Shown here in pieces: positions 37,580 to 51,349 of a stretch of 64,000 nucleotides of DNA. The notes beneath the pieces were generated by a model. That model had not been told where the DNA came from, did not search any database, and worked only from the letters and a program-made list of their open reading frames with translations. The position numbers and the translations under genes were made by a program. Position 1 is the first letter of the stretch. Each line of letters begins with the position of its first letter. This DNA comes from Octopus bimaculoides (lineage: Eukaryota): positions 92,426,278 through 92,490,277 of the forward strand of contig NC_068984.1 of NCBI RefSeq assembly GCF_001194135.2, in the 5' to 3' direction.

Positions 37580-40500
37580 TATGATGTTTGAAGGTGCTGT
37601 GTGCTATACACCCTTCAGGCAAGAGGGTAGCAGCATTTCCAGATGATGCTACTGCTAGAGATGCTTTTCTTTGGAGTCTCACTGCAGATAAAAGAAGGTT
37701 AATTATAAAAGTTTTACCAGTACCTCCAAGTGCATCCAAGAAGAAAATCCCTCCATTGTTGTTGTTGATGTCATTAAGGACTTTCTGATATACTTGCTGA
37801 TGGTCTTGGTTCAACAGGAGCTCATTGTTTTGAACACATTGCTGCAGTTCTTCTATGTTGTATCCTGTTTCTCTAAAAATTGATTTGTCCTGTTTCTCTG
37901 TTTGGCTTTGGCAGACCAAAATTGCTGAGATCTCTGAGTCAAGTTCATCACTTTGTCTTCAATTTTACAGAGAGCCAAATTTGCAATCTGAGGATTCAAT
38001 TCCAATCCTGGATGAGCAAGTCTCATTTGATGAAGAATATCCCATTGAGAGCCTCCTGATATTTTTCCCAAAGAGTAACTGGGTTGGATAGTTTGCAGGA
38101 GGCAATCACTACTGCAAACAGATCTCTGATTTGTTTTGGAGAATTTGTTGCAATTGTTTCCAGAGTCATGTCCCAATGATCATCTTCCGTAAGGCCAAGC
38201 TCGATACATACTTGTCTGTAAATCTCTTTGACAACTCCATCAATTGTTCTCAAGTCTTGAAATGATGTTGGGCCACTCATGTGATGAAGCAACAGTCTGA
38301 GAAAGAAGCATTCAGGATTTCTTGGATGGACTGTATATACTCTTCCAAGTAAATCTCCCATTTTGATTCCAGATTCAGTTGGATGAGGTTCTCCATGCTT
38401 TCTCCTCTGAAATTTTCCAGCCTTGTAGATGTAGTATTTGTAAACTTCAGGGTACAGGATTGTTCTAAGGAGTTTCAGTCAGTTCTCTTGCATTTTCTTC
38501 TGTGAAGTAAACTCTTTGTCCATTTTCCAAGTGAACTGACAGTGCTGAACTGAAGGACTTTGGTCATGAATTGGAAAGCTAANNNNNNNNNNTCTCCCAT
38601 TTTGATTCCAGATTCAGTTGGATGAGGTTCTCCATGCTTTCTCCTCTGAAATTTTCCAGCCTTGTAGATGTAGTATTTGTAAACTTCAGGGTACAGGATT
38701 GTTCTAAGGAGTTTCAGTCAGTTCTCTTGCATTTTCTTCTGTGAAGTAAACTCTTTGTCCATTTTCCAAGTGAACTGACAGTGCTGAACTGAAGGACTTT
38801 GGTCATGAATTGGAAAGCTAAGGATCCTCCAAGCAGCCTCATTGGAAGAGATGTATAAGCCAATTTGAAGTTTTGGAACTTCATTTTAATTTTCCAAACC
38901 AAATAGTGCTTGGTCACTTCCATTGTTAATGTATTTACATACATATTTAGTTGACTAGATACTGTTGCAGTACTCTACATTTATGTGAGCACCAAATGCT
39001 TTGCTGAGCAGTGGGCAAAAAAAGAACCTACTGATTGTTAGTGACAATTTCTTGTCCTATTTTATTCAGAGTGAAAGTGTGCCCTCCATCCTCTGGCTTT
39101 CTTCTTTTGTATTTTGGATAGCCATCAAGATCAGACTGTGTCTCTTTGGTAAACTCCTTTGGAAAGTCTTTACTGTGTTTTTTGCCAATCATGCAAGGAG
39201 ATTCAGCCTTGAGAGAACCATATGGGCCATGAATCATATTGTCTTTGGATCTTCAGTGAGATTTGACAGCTCAGCACTGATGATAGCATCAATTTGATTT
39301 GGATTGATTTTCTCCTTGAACCAAACCAATAGGCAATCCTCTTTTCTGCCACTCAATGGTGCACATGTGAGCCCTGACTACTCCAAAAACTTGTCCTTTC
39401 CTAATTAGATTCAACAGTTTGTCAACTTTCAGCTTAAATACTCGAGAAATGTTATGACTGTTAGTAACAGATTGACCTTCTCTGAAATTGTTAGTTATTT
39501 CATGCCAAAATGGGTTGCAGGTAAAGGTAATGAAGAGGTCAGGCTTCCCAAAATTCTGACATATGTAATTCTATCTTGAGTCTTCTCATGCATGTACCTA
39601 TCACCTCCTATAAATGATGATGGAAGAATGTAGCTTTCTGCTTGAAGTTCTTGTTGGTGGCATGTGATAAAGAGCAACCTCTCTGTTTCGATTTTTGCAT
39701 ACATATCAACCAAGAACTGGTTGAAGAGCTGCTTGTATCTCAGTAGGTGACTGAAGTTGTTGGCTCTTCACATGATTCTGTAGCAACAGAAGTCTTGTGC
39801 TGAAACTGTTTCCTGTAGTTTCCCCAGTTTCAGGATCAATCTGTTTCAGAAGGAAGTGATAGCCATCCTACCCTTTCCAGAAAATAAGTGGATACTGGAG
39901 AGCATCATTAACTCCTGTGTATTTCAGCAACTTTCCTTGGGATCCATTTTGTTTCTCTGTCACTATGTTTCTTATCTCGAAGTTCTGACCTGCAATAAGT
40001 ACTGCTACTTCATTAGTAGATGGTGCATCGGATCTTCTTTCATGCTCTCCAACAGGTGTCTTACCAGCTCTAATGATTAATCTCAAGTTCTCCAGTCCAT
40101 CTCTCCAGAGAGCAGATTTGAATTCTTGAACATATGGATTTGTTTGGTGAAGAAATTCCTGTAAGTTAAGAATTGTGCTTAGTTTCAAATTCCAAAAAAA
40201 GATTTGGAGAAACTTCTGGGATTCATTTGGCAGAGGCTTGCAGACTACCAATCCGATGGTATACTTGTCCTTGGATTCTGAATGTGGTTTGCCATCCAGA
40301 CAGAGTTGCATCATTTGCTCCAAAAGAACTCATTGCAAATGCATTGTTGTAAGCTCTAATCTTCTTCAAGAAATCCTGGGACTCATGGGTGGATCCAGCC
40401 AACAATGACTTGAGTGCTTCTGGTAGAGTTGGAAAGTCCTGGAGTTAGATCTTTCCATTGGAGCAACAGAGGCCTTGGGATTTATCCTTGAACTGCAATG

Positions 40501-41894
40501 CTCCACAATAGTTGCATTCTTTGTTTAGCTCTCAAACAATCATGATAGGTAGGGAAGAGTAGCCTTGATTGGTTTCATATTGAAAAGCAAGTTTGTCAAG
40601 TTGGACAGCATTCTGTCTTGATCTTCTTTACTGTACAACATTGGAAGCTCTCCTGGTTAGATTGCTCTAGTGATTTTGAATCCCTTATTCTTCTCATGTT
40701 GGCTACATTGGAAGCTCTCCTCGATTCAGCTTGTTCAGGTGTTTCTGATGCCCTTTCTCTCCTCTTGGTAAGAACATTTGATGCTCTCCTGGATGCTGCT
40801 TCGTCTGGAGTTTGAGAGTCTCTAAGTCTTTGCATATTCTCAGCATTGGGTGTTCTGGATGCTGCATTTTCAGGTGTTTCTGATGCCCTTTCTCTCCTTT
40901 TGGTAACAGCATCTTATGCTCTTCTGGATGCAGCTTGTTCAGGAGCTTGCGAGTCCCTAAGTCTTTGAATATTCTCAGCAATGGAGGTTCTCCTGGCTGT
41001 CATTTGATCTGGGTTTTCATTTGCATGAAACTTTCTTTTCTTCGTTGCAACCTTGGCTCTTTTGATTGCAATCTGGTCCTCTGTTGGTGGAGATTTCTTT
41101 CTGTGAGACATACTGCTGCCTTATGCAATAGGCAACAATAAACTACAGATGAACTCAAAATTGATCACTGCATTCAAGTATTGCATTAATATCCACGCTT
41201 ACCTTTTAAAAGTTCAACGATAATTCTTCTGCCACCACTTAACTTAAAGACAATTTGATGTACATAGGTCCTTACTTTTCGTACAAACAATTATTTCTAT
41301 TTTATGGGTGGCTTTTGCTGGATTTTGCAATTAATTTGGATTATTCCCCGATTTATTTCCAAGTTACAAAAATCATGTAAAAAAAAAATCGCTGGAAACA
41401 ATCACAGTAATGAAAACTTGGGAATTCAAAATTTCAGGAGTGTGGTTCTGGATTTTGGCCCAGAATGCTTTTTATTTACTCATGGATTTGGCCTTTACAT
41501 TATCAAAATTGTTATAGTACAAAAAAATTTTTCAGAAGAAATCACGTAAAAAAAAAAAAAAAAATCACTGGAAACAATTGCTGGATTTTGCAATTAATTT
41601 TGATTATTCCTTAAATTTATTTCCAAGTTATAAAAGTTGTTATTGTATGAAAAAATTTGTCGCAAAAAAATCACATTAAGAAATCGCCAAAAACAATCAC
41701 AGTAATGAAAACTTGGGAATTCAAAATTTCAGGAGTGTGGTTCTNNNNNNNNNNTATCAGGATTGCGGGTCTGAAGTCAGCCTGGAATGTTTTTAATTTA
41801 GTCACAGAGTTGGCCTAATACCAAAATGGTATGATATGTTAGGAGCAAAGTTGAAAAAATGTGACACACTGACATTTGCATTTATTATTAGAGA
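37580..41894 (-). mobile_element. Decayed autonomous Helitron (Rep-helicase), 3'-truncated, in an RNF113A intron
   Basis: A|TC 5' start (tctctaataataaatg); CNYC...CCSNGK; IRAYNNAFAMSSFG; EWQKRGLP; MIHGP; GRVYTVHP...FFLRLLL; Pif1 Walker A GGTGKT and VASSGNAATLL. Confidence 0.93.
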
Positions 41895-41899
41895 TATAT

Positions 41900-43100
41900 T
41901 GGGTCATTCTATAAAGAATGCTGTTTTTTTTTATACTTCTTTTATTTTTCCAAATTAAGATAAAGTTCTTTTTTACTCTAAAATATACTCTCTTTCATTT
42001 TCTACAATGTTCTTCCATCTATTTAGTAGACTTACAGGGGCCCTCTTCCAAAATTCACTTCTCTGTGACAAAAAATACTCCTCCAGTGTTCTGGCCTCGT
42101 CTACAACATTCATATTTTTTCCATCCAAATGATTTTGATAAATGATATTTAGATGGGACAATGTCTGGCAAGTATGGTGGGTGGGGCATCGTTTCCCATT
42201 CAAACTGCTCCAGCCTTTGGAATGTCATCCTTGCTGTATGGGGCCGAGCATTATCCTGATGGAAGAACACCTTTCGTCATGAAACCAAGGATGGTCATTT
42301 TTCTTCTAGTGCTGACCTAAGCTGCTCAAGCTACTCACAGCAGATCTCTTTTGTTATCGTTTGATTTGCACTTAAAAGTTCAAAGTGGACTAAACCTTTC
42401 ATATCCCACCAAACAGATAACAACACCTTACATAGGTGAAGACCTTCTTTAGCCTGGGGTGCTGATGTTTCTCCTTTCCCTACCCACTATCTTCGGCACC
42501 AGACATTTTTATAGAAGACCCATTTCTCATCACCAGTCACTATTTGGTCCAAAAATGGTTCATTTGATAGATATGACAGTAAAGAAGAGCACACATTCAC
42601 TGTCTGCATACAATTAGACTTGAAAGGTTTGTGAGGAACCCATTGACCCAATTTGCTGACTTTTCTGATGGCACGCAGGTGTTGATGAATGGTTAAATGA
42701 CCAAATCCAAGCTTCTCTGCTAGTTCCTCAACAGTTACGATGGATTTTGTTCCACCAGGGTTTGCAGAATGCCTTCATTGAGCTCTACAGATCTTCCAGG
42801 ACAAAGCTTGTCTTCTAAGCTGTAGTTTCCAGCTCGGAATTTCTGGAACCACCGTTGAAACTAGCTTACACTTATTGCCCAAGCCCCATATACTGCATTA
42901 ATATTCTTCGCACTTTCCGTTGCATTGTTGCCTTTATTGAACTCATAAAGCAAAATATGCCAAATACGCTCCTTTGTCACTTCCATTATAGCTTTGATAA
43001 AATAACTATTAAAATCGAACTGCACTCTTCAAGCACTAAAAATAAACACAAGGTAAAATTACTACCAGCTTTTATAGCAAGTTGATGCAGGTAGTTTATC
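41900..43100 (-). mobile_element. Decayed mariner transposase
   Basis: FHQDNARPHTA...PHPPYLPDIVPSKYHL; only one TIR-like end (gggtcattctataaagaatg) seen. Confidence 0.8.
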
Positions 43101-43172
43101 CCGTCCTCCTCCAACTTTTAGTTCATGTGATTGAAAAAAACCACACTATTTGTGGGATAACTTAATGCATAT

Positions 43173-43338
43173 ATACAACAGACTTCTTTCAGTTTCCATC
43201 TACCAAATCCACTCACAAGGCTTTGGTTGGCCCAAGGCTACAGTAGAAGACACTAGCCAAGGATGCCATACAGTAGGACTGAACCTGGAACCATGTGGTT
43301 ACAAAGCAAGCTTTTTATCACATAGCTACGCCTGCACC
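43173..43338 (-). mobile_element. 5' half of the tRNA-derived SINE
   Basis: Reverse complement of the 54842-55000 head, diverged. Confidence 0.8.
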
Positions 43339-43889
43339 AATGTGTGTGTGTGTGTGTGTGTGTGTGTTATGCATGTATACTGATGAGGAAACAAATCTTT
43401 ATTCAGCACAACAATCATTTTGACCCATTCTGCAGTTGTCTCTTAGGGGTAGGATATTGTGCATCTAGTTGTGTTGCATCAATCAGTGCAGGTTGTGTCA
43501 CTTCAGGTGCTTAGTGTAAAAAAAAAAGATATCCCATGAGATATACTGAATTCTCTCTTGTTGTACATAGGTACACTGACAGAGGTGTACATGTGAGCAT
43601 GTCAGCCAAACCAACCTCCTAACAAGCAGTCATCTGTGGAATCTGCTACACAGCAGGGTACAAGATGACAGTCTGCCACCAATACCAGCATCTTGATAGT
43701 TATAACCACAGTAAATGACAGTCACTTGGTGATATGAGTTTGTGTGAATGTCTATAAATGTGTTCCTGTCAAAGAGTGTATACCCATTCTTCTTAATTTT
43801 AACTTTCTTCTCTATGATCTTAATTTATGTTATATAATCAGTCAACTATAGCCAGTCCCATTTGTGGGCTACAGCTCCAAAATTATTCT

Positions 43890-44340
43890 ACCCTGTGTCA
43901 GTGGCACATAAAAAGCACCCTTCAAACATTGGGTAGTATGCTGTGCTTGAGAAGACCCATCAAGCCAAGTGAAATCATACTCTTGGCCAATGCTAGTGTA
44001 GCGTAACTGGCACCCACGCCAGTGGAACATAGAAAGCACCCTTCAAATGTTGGGCCTCAAGAAAGCGGTGACAAGTGACTGAGACCTTTGGTGATATACT
44101 GTGCTTGAGAAGACCTGTCAAGCTAAGTGAGATGTAGTTGTGGTAAATGCTGGTGTTACGCGACTGGCACATAAAAAGCACCCACTACACTTTTGGAGTG
44201 GTTGGCATTAGGAAGGGCATCCAGCCATAGAAACTGTACTAAATTAGATTGGAACCTGGTGCAGCTCCCCAGCTTTCAGTCAAACCATCCAACCCATTGC
44301 AGCATAGAAAACGGACGTTAAATGATGATGATGATGATGT
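43890..44340 (+). mobile_element. LINE 3'-tail-type repeat with internal ggcacataaaaagcaccc repeats and (atg)n tail
   Basis: Same motifs as 32050-32290; ends ggacgttaaatgatgatgatg. Confidence 0.7.
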
Positions 44341-44732
44341 ATCTTCTCAGCAACATCTCACCAAGTAAGTGATTCAAGTTGTCACAAAGATGTCTGTTTA
44401 TGAACAAAAGTAGGCTCCAAAGCTGAAACAAATGAACAGGTGGTTAAATCTAGTGAGAAAAGCAGTATAACATCACATGATAAAGCCTGAAGATAATGTC
44501 AGGTGTACTGTTTGTTCCTCACTATGTCCATATCTAATTATTTACACAGAATTAGAATCTGCCAAAATGAAGCAGGTAAATCTTGTCATCACTACAGTGA
44601 GCTTGCATTATGTGCTACACATGAACTGTGATTTAATATAAGTTGGTTAAGCATTTGATTGATTACTGCCATGCCATGCATCTGCTTGTGTAGAAATAGA
44701 GCTATTCAACAAAACTAGACTATATTTACTTA

Positions 44733-44900
<168 letters not shown>

Positions 44901-45139
44901 TTATTTCACAACAGATTTTGACAAAATGAGTATGTCATAAGTGATATATTTTCCCATGAGAAAGTTGCCATCAAATACGATACAATAATTTTATTCCATT
45001 CATATTGTTTAGTCAAAAACAAGTAAAATATAGAGCAATAAGACTTGTCCATTGGCCCAAAGAACTGTTCTTTCAGCAACAGTTAAAGGAAATCAACCTT
45101 ATATTTCTGATACTGGCCAAATTTTCACCTTTGAGAAAT

Positions 45140-46022
45140 ATACAATCGCAACTACATCTCTTCTTTTCTTAACATCTCTTATTTTATGCACCATGCTTAC
45201 CTCTCACTCCCCAATCCCGTCCTCATGGTCCTGTTCACTGTATTATTGCTATCCGGTAGCCCACCCCACCTCCTCTGTATTCCCAGGTTTTCACCACTGC
45301 ATTTCTCTCCCTCACTCTCTACACACGCTTCCTTGGCAATGTCCTGCCATTTATATAATTGCCATGATCTCTCTTTTGCTCTTCCATTCTATTTGTATTC
45401 TGATTCCCATCCCTTGTGAGTATGCCTGGCACTTTGCCACCATCTCCTTCCTGCTCTCTTGCTGTCTCCCATGCTCTCTCTCTCTCCTTCTGCTCTTCCC
45501 TCAGGCTGGGTAACCAAGTATCTCCTTTACAGCAACACACCTGTTTCTGTCCTCATTCTTGATCACTCTCTCTCTCTCTCTCTCTCTGGCCAGGTAACCA
45601 TGTACCTCCTCTACAGCAAGACACCTGTTTCTGTCTCTCTGTCTCACTCTAACCTTTCATCATCTGAAACAAGATCATCTCCTCCAATGCCATTTCCCCT
45701 CTCAAAGAATCTTTATCTCGCAAGTTACTTGGTGACCCTACCAGTACTGATGCCACATAAAAAGCATCCCGTCCACATTGTAAAGTGATTGGCATTTGGA
45801 AGGGCATTCAGCTGTAAAAACCTTGCCAAAACTGACCTCGTCTATACTGGTGCCATGCAAAAAGCACTCAGTCCACTCAGCTGGGTGGTTGGTGTTAGGA
45901 AGGGCATCCAGCTGTAAAAACCCTGCCAAAACAGACAGAAGTCTGGTGCAGGCTCCTGCCTGCCCAGCTCCGGTCAAACTGTCCAGCATGGAAGACAGAC
46001 ATTAAATGATGATGATGATGAA
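45140..46022 (+). mobile_element. 3' UTR/tail fragment of the same LINE family
   Basis: Pyrimidine-rich region similar to 31600-32050, then the ggaagggcatccagctgt repeats and (atg)n tail. Confidence 0.7.
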
Positions 46023-47609
46023 TTATGGCTATTCTAATGCAGAACCCACAGTGTTTGTCAATACCAATTTCACTATAAATGATGGCAACACAAGCAGTGG
46101 TCAGCTTTACAAGAGCATGAAAACAATGAAGCCATTCATTAATGCAGATAATTTAGTTATACAGCACTAACAGAAGAGGGAAGGAGCAATAGTATACCAT
46201 ACCTAGACTAAATTCAAATCAGCCATAGTCCTGCTACATAAAATAAAAATTCTTAGTAGAGCTTATATTTTCTACTTATTCTAGATAACTCAGTTCTGAA
46301 TTAAATTCTAGGTATTCTAGAAAACTCAGTTCCAAATTAAATTTTGATATCAATACCTATTCAGCTATTTTATGAATTTCACATAATATGATTTTAATAG
46401 TTTCATGTTTTTATATGATAGCATAAATTTAAAACAATTTTCTCATTCTAACTTCTACATTTCAGTCTAAGTTTTTGGGCTAGTTATTAAGAACTTGCTG
46501 GGCTGTCAGATAAATTCATTTTTTCCCCCCATTTATTTTGATCTTTATTTTTCATCAACTATTTTAACAAATCAGTCAATAATATATTCTCTTTCATTGT
46601 TCAGAACTTTTTGCCAATTTTCCACTAGTTAGTCAATTGAAGGTAGAAATCACTAGGCCTTGACTTGAAGAATTCATCAAGCCACATTTTCAGCTCCATG
46701 TTGTTGATCAAAACACCTTTCAGACTGCTGGACAGTAACTGAAAAAGGTAATAATCTGAAGAAGCTATATTAGAAGATTACAGTGGGTGCAGTAGAACTT
46801 CCTAAACATGCTCTTGAATAGTGTTTTGGTCAAATTAGCAGTAGGAGCAGGGCACTGAGGAAGTACACCATGTTGCCACTCATGTCATTTCAGCTTGAAT
46901 ACATCATTGAGCTAGTGCATTTGCTGAATATAAAGCTCTGCGTTGACGGTGTGGTTGTTTTCAAGTATTTCCTGATGGATTAGCTCTTCCCAATCCCACC
47001 AAAAGCAAATCATTGTCTTGCATGAGTGCAGCTCTCGCTTGGTTCAAGGTGTCGCTTGATTATTGGGACTCAGCCATTCTCTCCTTTGCAAGCAAACTGG
47101 CAAGAATAGAGGATAACTGGAGTTCATCTCTTTATTTAGTATATATGGCACCATCACTGAATCTTTTAACCTTACCTATCATGTGAAGGTAATGTATGAG
47201 CCAATTCCTTAGTGGATTGGTGCAATACTCATGGATGAGCTCATTTAATCAATCCTCATTGAACTCTACAGGTTGGCTGGAATACTAAGGTCAAATTTCC
47301 TCTCCAACTACGAAAGCAATTTCTGTGCATCTCTTTCAGTAATAATGCCTTCTCATTACATATCACAAATGTCATAATCTTATTTGAAAGCAAAAAGAAG
47401 GTGTCAAAAATGCCCATTTTCTTTTCGTATTTAGCACTCCATTACCATGTCTGAAAAGAGGTAAAATTTAATCAAAAATGGTAAACAAAAGTTGTAGAGG
47501 AAGAATAGAACTACAAAAAAAAGCTCCATACAACACTATGATAAAAGTATTTTATGTGTTAATTCCAATAATATTGAAAAGAAATGAATGGATTTATGTG
47601 ACAACCCAA

Positions 47610-48905
47610 TACAATGGGGTACTCAAAAGTAACTAGAAATGTTCTCTGTGGGGCAAACCAGTTGTAATTCAGACTTCTGCTGCTAGAAGTGACTTGATGT
47701 AACCCTCAAGCATCAGTCTGCCAACTGGCAGCAGCATCTGAAGTTGTACTGCCATGTGGTACAGCATTGTTTTGTAGTGCTTCTCCCCTGTTTGTCAATG
47801 TTTGCAATGGCTGAAATGAAGGAACAGCATGCTTCCAGGAAATTCTATTTTCTACTTGGGCAAATGGCAGCCAAAACAATTGTCATGCTTCAAACAGCTT
47901 ACAAGGATACTGCCATGAGCAAAACACAAGTTTACAAGTGGTTTTCACGGTTTAGGAGTGGTCACTTGTTGCTTGAAGATCAACCTCATTCAGGATAACT
48001 CTTGACTCCTGAACAAATGAAAACATCATAAAAATTCATGAACTGATCTTGGAGGATTGTCACCAAACAATTGACAAGCTTGTTGATATGATTGGTGTAT
48101 CATGGAACTCCTACCAATGAATTTTGAGAAAGGAGTTAAAAATTAAAAAAGTTGCAGCAAAATTTGTGACTCATTTGCTCACAAAAAATCAAAAGCAGTC
48201 ACAACTGAATGTGTGTCATGAACTGAAAGAACAGTTAGAAGTTGATAAGAACTTTTTTCAAAGGTAATCACTGGTGATGAAAGCCGGAAACAAAGCAACA
48301 ATCAAGTCAATGGAAGAGTTCAATGTCACCACACCCCAAAAAAGTGTGTTGAGTGAAGTCCAATGTCAAGACAATGCTGATTTGTTTCATCAATGCAAAA
48401 GGAAGTGTCCACACAGAATTTGTTTTTTCCTGGTCAAACTGTTAACCAGACATTTTACTCGAAAGTTCTGAAGCATGAGACACAGTGAGACAAAAACGTC
48501 CTGGCCTGTGGCAAAGTGGAGAGTGTTGGATTCATCACGACAATGTGCCTGCGCACACCCCCTTTAGGGTGAGACAGTCTTAACCAAAAATGGCATGACT
48601 CTGCTTACCCACCCTCCCTATTCACCTGATCTTGCTCCTAGCAACTTTTTTGTCACCCCAAATGAAGAAAGTCCTTAAAGGAAAACATTTCACAGATGTG
48701 GAAAAAATGAAAAATATGATAGAAGCATTAAAAGGCATCACTTTGCAAGAGTTCCAGGACTGCTTTGAACAGTGGAAAACACATCTGGACCAATGCATTG
48801 CTTTAAATGAAGAATACTTTGAAGGCGATAAAAGTGTAAACATGTAAAACTAAGTGAATAAAATTAATATTGCGAAATTCCTGTTTCTTTTGGGTACCCC
48901 CTCGC
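47610..48905 (+). mobile_element. Full-length (~1.3 kb) decayed mariner
   Basis: TIRs tacaatggggtactcaaaagtaactagaaat / attcctgtttcttttgggtaccccctcgca; HTH (KTQVYKWFSRFRSG), HHDNVPAH, HPPYSPDLAP motifs. Confidence 0.92.
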
Positions 48906-49068
48906 ATTTACATTCTTAACATTATTCATTCTATCTACCCTCATAAAAATTCCTTTCAATTTTTAACATCTCAATCACTATCTTAGACCAATGTTAACCA
49001 TCCATTTGGTCTTATCAATCATCCCAGTATTCTGTTTTTACTTATATTTGTATAGAGCATCATATTTA

Positions 49069-49230
<162 letters not shown>

Positions 49231-49792
49231 TTAATGATTTTGCAGAATATCATTCTATTACTTTAGTGACATTTACCATGACAAATGAAAATATACAATA
49301 AAGTAAGTCAACAATTTGGTGTCAATTACTTATTCTTGTCATTCAACTTATCACTTCACCACCTTAAGAAAACTAAAGTTTTATATTCAGTTATGAAGAT
49401 AATTATATTTTTCATTCATAATGAATGATATCAAACACAGAGAGGAAAGCTTTCCCACACACGCCCAAGGCATTTTTGTATTTTGCTCTCAGAAGCAGTT
49501 TCCATCTGGTGTGACTTAATTTCGATGCAGCGGTACGTGACTGTGCATTTTAAGATATTCTTAATCACATCAGATGGAGGGTTTAGAGCTACCCTTCTCC
49601 CATTCCTTTTACAATTTTTCTGGCCATTTTTCAGATCTTCTTATCTATGTGGAAATCTTCCAAATTTCTCACCACAATCGCAAAAGAAACCTTCTTTGCA
49701 GAGGAGGTGGTTGTGGCAGCAATGGAAGTGGTAATATTCACATTTCTAAATTTCACTTTGTTAGTATTGTTGTTGCTATTGTTTATATTGTT

Positions 49793-49834
<42 letters not shown>

Positions 49835-49847
49835 TTTTTTTAAATTT

Positions 49848-50240
49848 TTCTTTCACTTGTTTCAGTCATTTGACAGCAGCCATGCTGGATAACTACCTTT
49901 AAGCGGACAAGTCAACCCCAGGACTTATTCTTTGTAAGCCTAGTACTTATTCCATCAGTCTCTTATGCCAAACCGCTAAGTTACGGGAACATAAACATAC
50001 CAACATCAATTGTCAAGCGGTGGAGGTACAGACACACAAATACATACATACATATATATATATAGATGTATATATATATATATATATGACAGGCTTCTTT
50101 CAGTTTCCATCTACCAAATCCACTCACAAGGCTTTGGTCGGCCCGAGGCTATAGTAGAAGACACTTGCCCAAGGTGCCACTCAGTGGGACTGAACCCGGA
50201 ACCATGTGGTTGGTAAGCAAGCTACTTACCACACAGCCCT
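49848..50240 (-). mobile_element. Full-length tRNA-derived SINE copy
   Basis: Reverse complement of 54842-55251, including the internal (AT/CA) microsatellite. Confidence 0.88.
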
Positions 50241-50841
50241 CATTACATCCTACCATTATTGCTTCTTTTCATTATTCCTTCAAGTATTGTCACTCCTATT
50301 TTACCATTTTATTCTATACTGTCACTCAAATCACAATATTTCTTCTTCATACTCACACTTCTTTTTCTTTCTCATCCAAGTTTATCTTCTGCAATCACTC
50401 TTTCTTCTAACCACTTTATTGGTCACATAACTCTGAACAGAGAAGCATGTCATTCAGCAGGGTAGTAGGCTGCTTCATTAATGCTGGTGCCACAATAAAA
50501 GATACACAATACATTCCAATAAAGTTGTTGAATGAAAGGAGACAACATAGGAGTGATAAAACTCTTTGTCTAGTCTTGTGAAGGACATGACAACCTCTGT
50601 AATGCCAGTGCTACAACATAATGCATCCAGTATACTCTCTAAAATGATTGCTGTTAGGAAGGGTATCAAAGTGTAGAAACCATGCAAAAAAATTTTTAAA
50701 TATAAGCAAGATGAGCCAGACACCGTCCACTTACCCATCTAAGAGGACAATAACTCTGAATAAGAACTGTAATAACCCATCTGTAATAACCCATGCAGTG
50801 TAGAAAGCAGATATAAAGCTATGGCAGTGATGATAAACTCA

Positions 50842-50884
<43 letters not shown>

Positions 50885-51178
50885 GTGTGCACACACCACC
50901 AAGTTACAGTGTACTTGTGAAAGCTGATCAAGATTAATTATTAACATTAATATATATGCCATATATATAATTTAAAGTAAAAAGAAACTGTTTTTAGATT
51001 TTAAAAAATCATTTTATCCTAAAAGTTACATTTACATAAAGTATACCACATAATCAACTCTGTGTTATAATTACAAATAGTACAGTACAAACATTGTTAG
51101 AAATACATTATTAAAAATAATTAATATCAGCAACAGAAGCAGAAATAATTATATCCTAAACAATTGCAAAAAGATTTA

Positions 51179-51313
<135 letters not shown>

Positions 51314-51349
51314 TCATATTTTGTCATTCTTTGTAACAATGCATGATAG

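Noticed and set aside
38354-38822. ~230-bp perfect tandem duplication in the Helitron
   Set aside because: Apparently identical copies flank a 10-N gap, so this is most likely a contig-overlap artefact. The duplications at 30103-30198 and 41304-41744, also beside N10 gaps, are similarly suspect.
43380-43400. ctgatgaggaaac
   Set aside because: No stem II between the core halves; likely chance.
44356-44422. Exon-like segment (LWSLLLFINRHLCDNLNHLL) with AG/GT ends
   Set aside because: Would interrupt the conserved RING (VVTK|CKHYFC); no supporting homology.
46480-47430. Possible additional mariner remnant
   Set aside because: Only vague similarity; no clear catalytic motif or TIR pair could be read.
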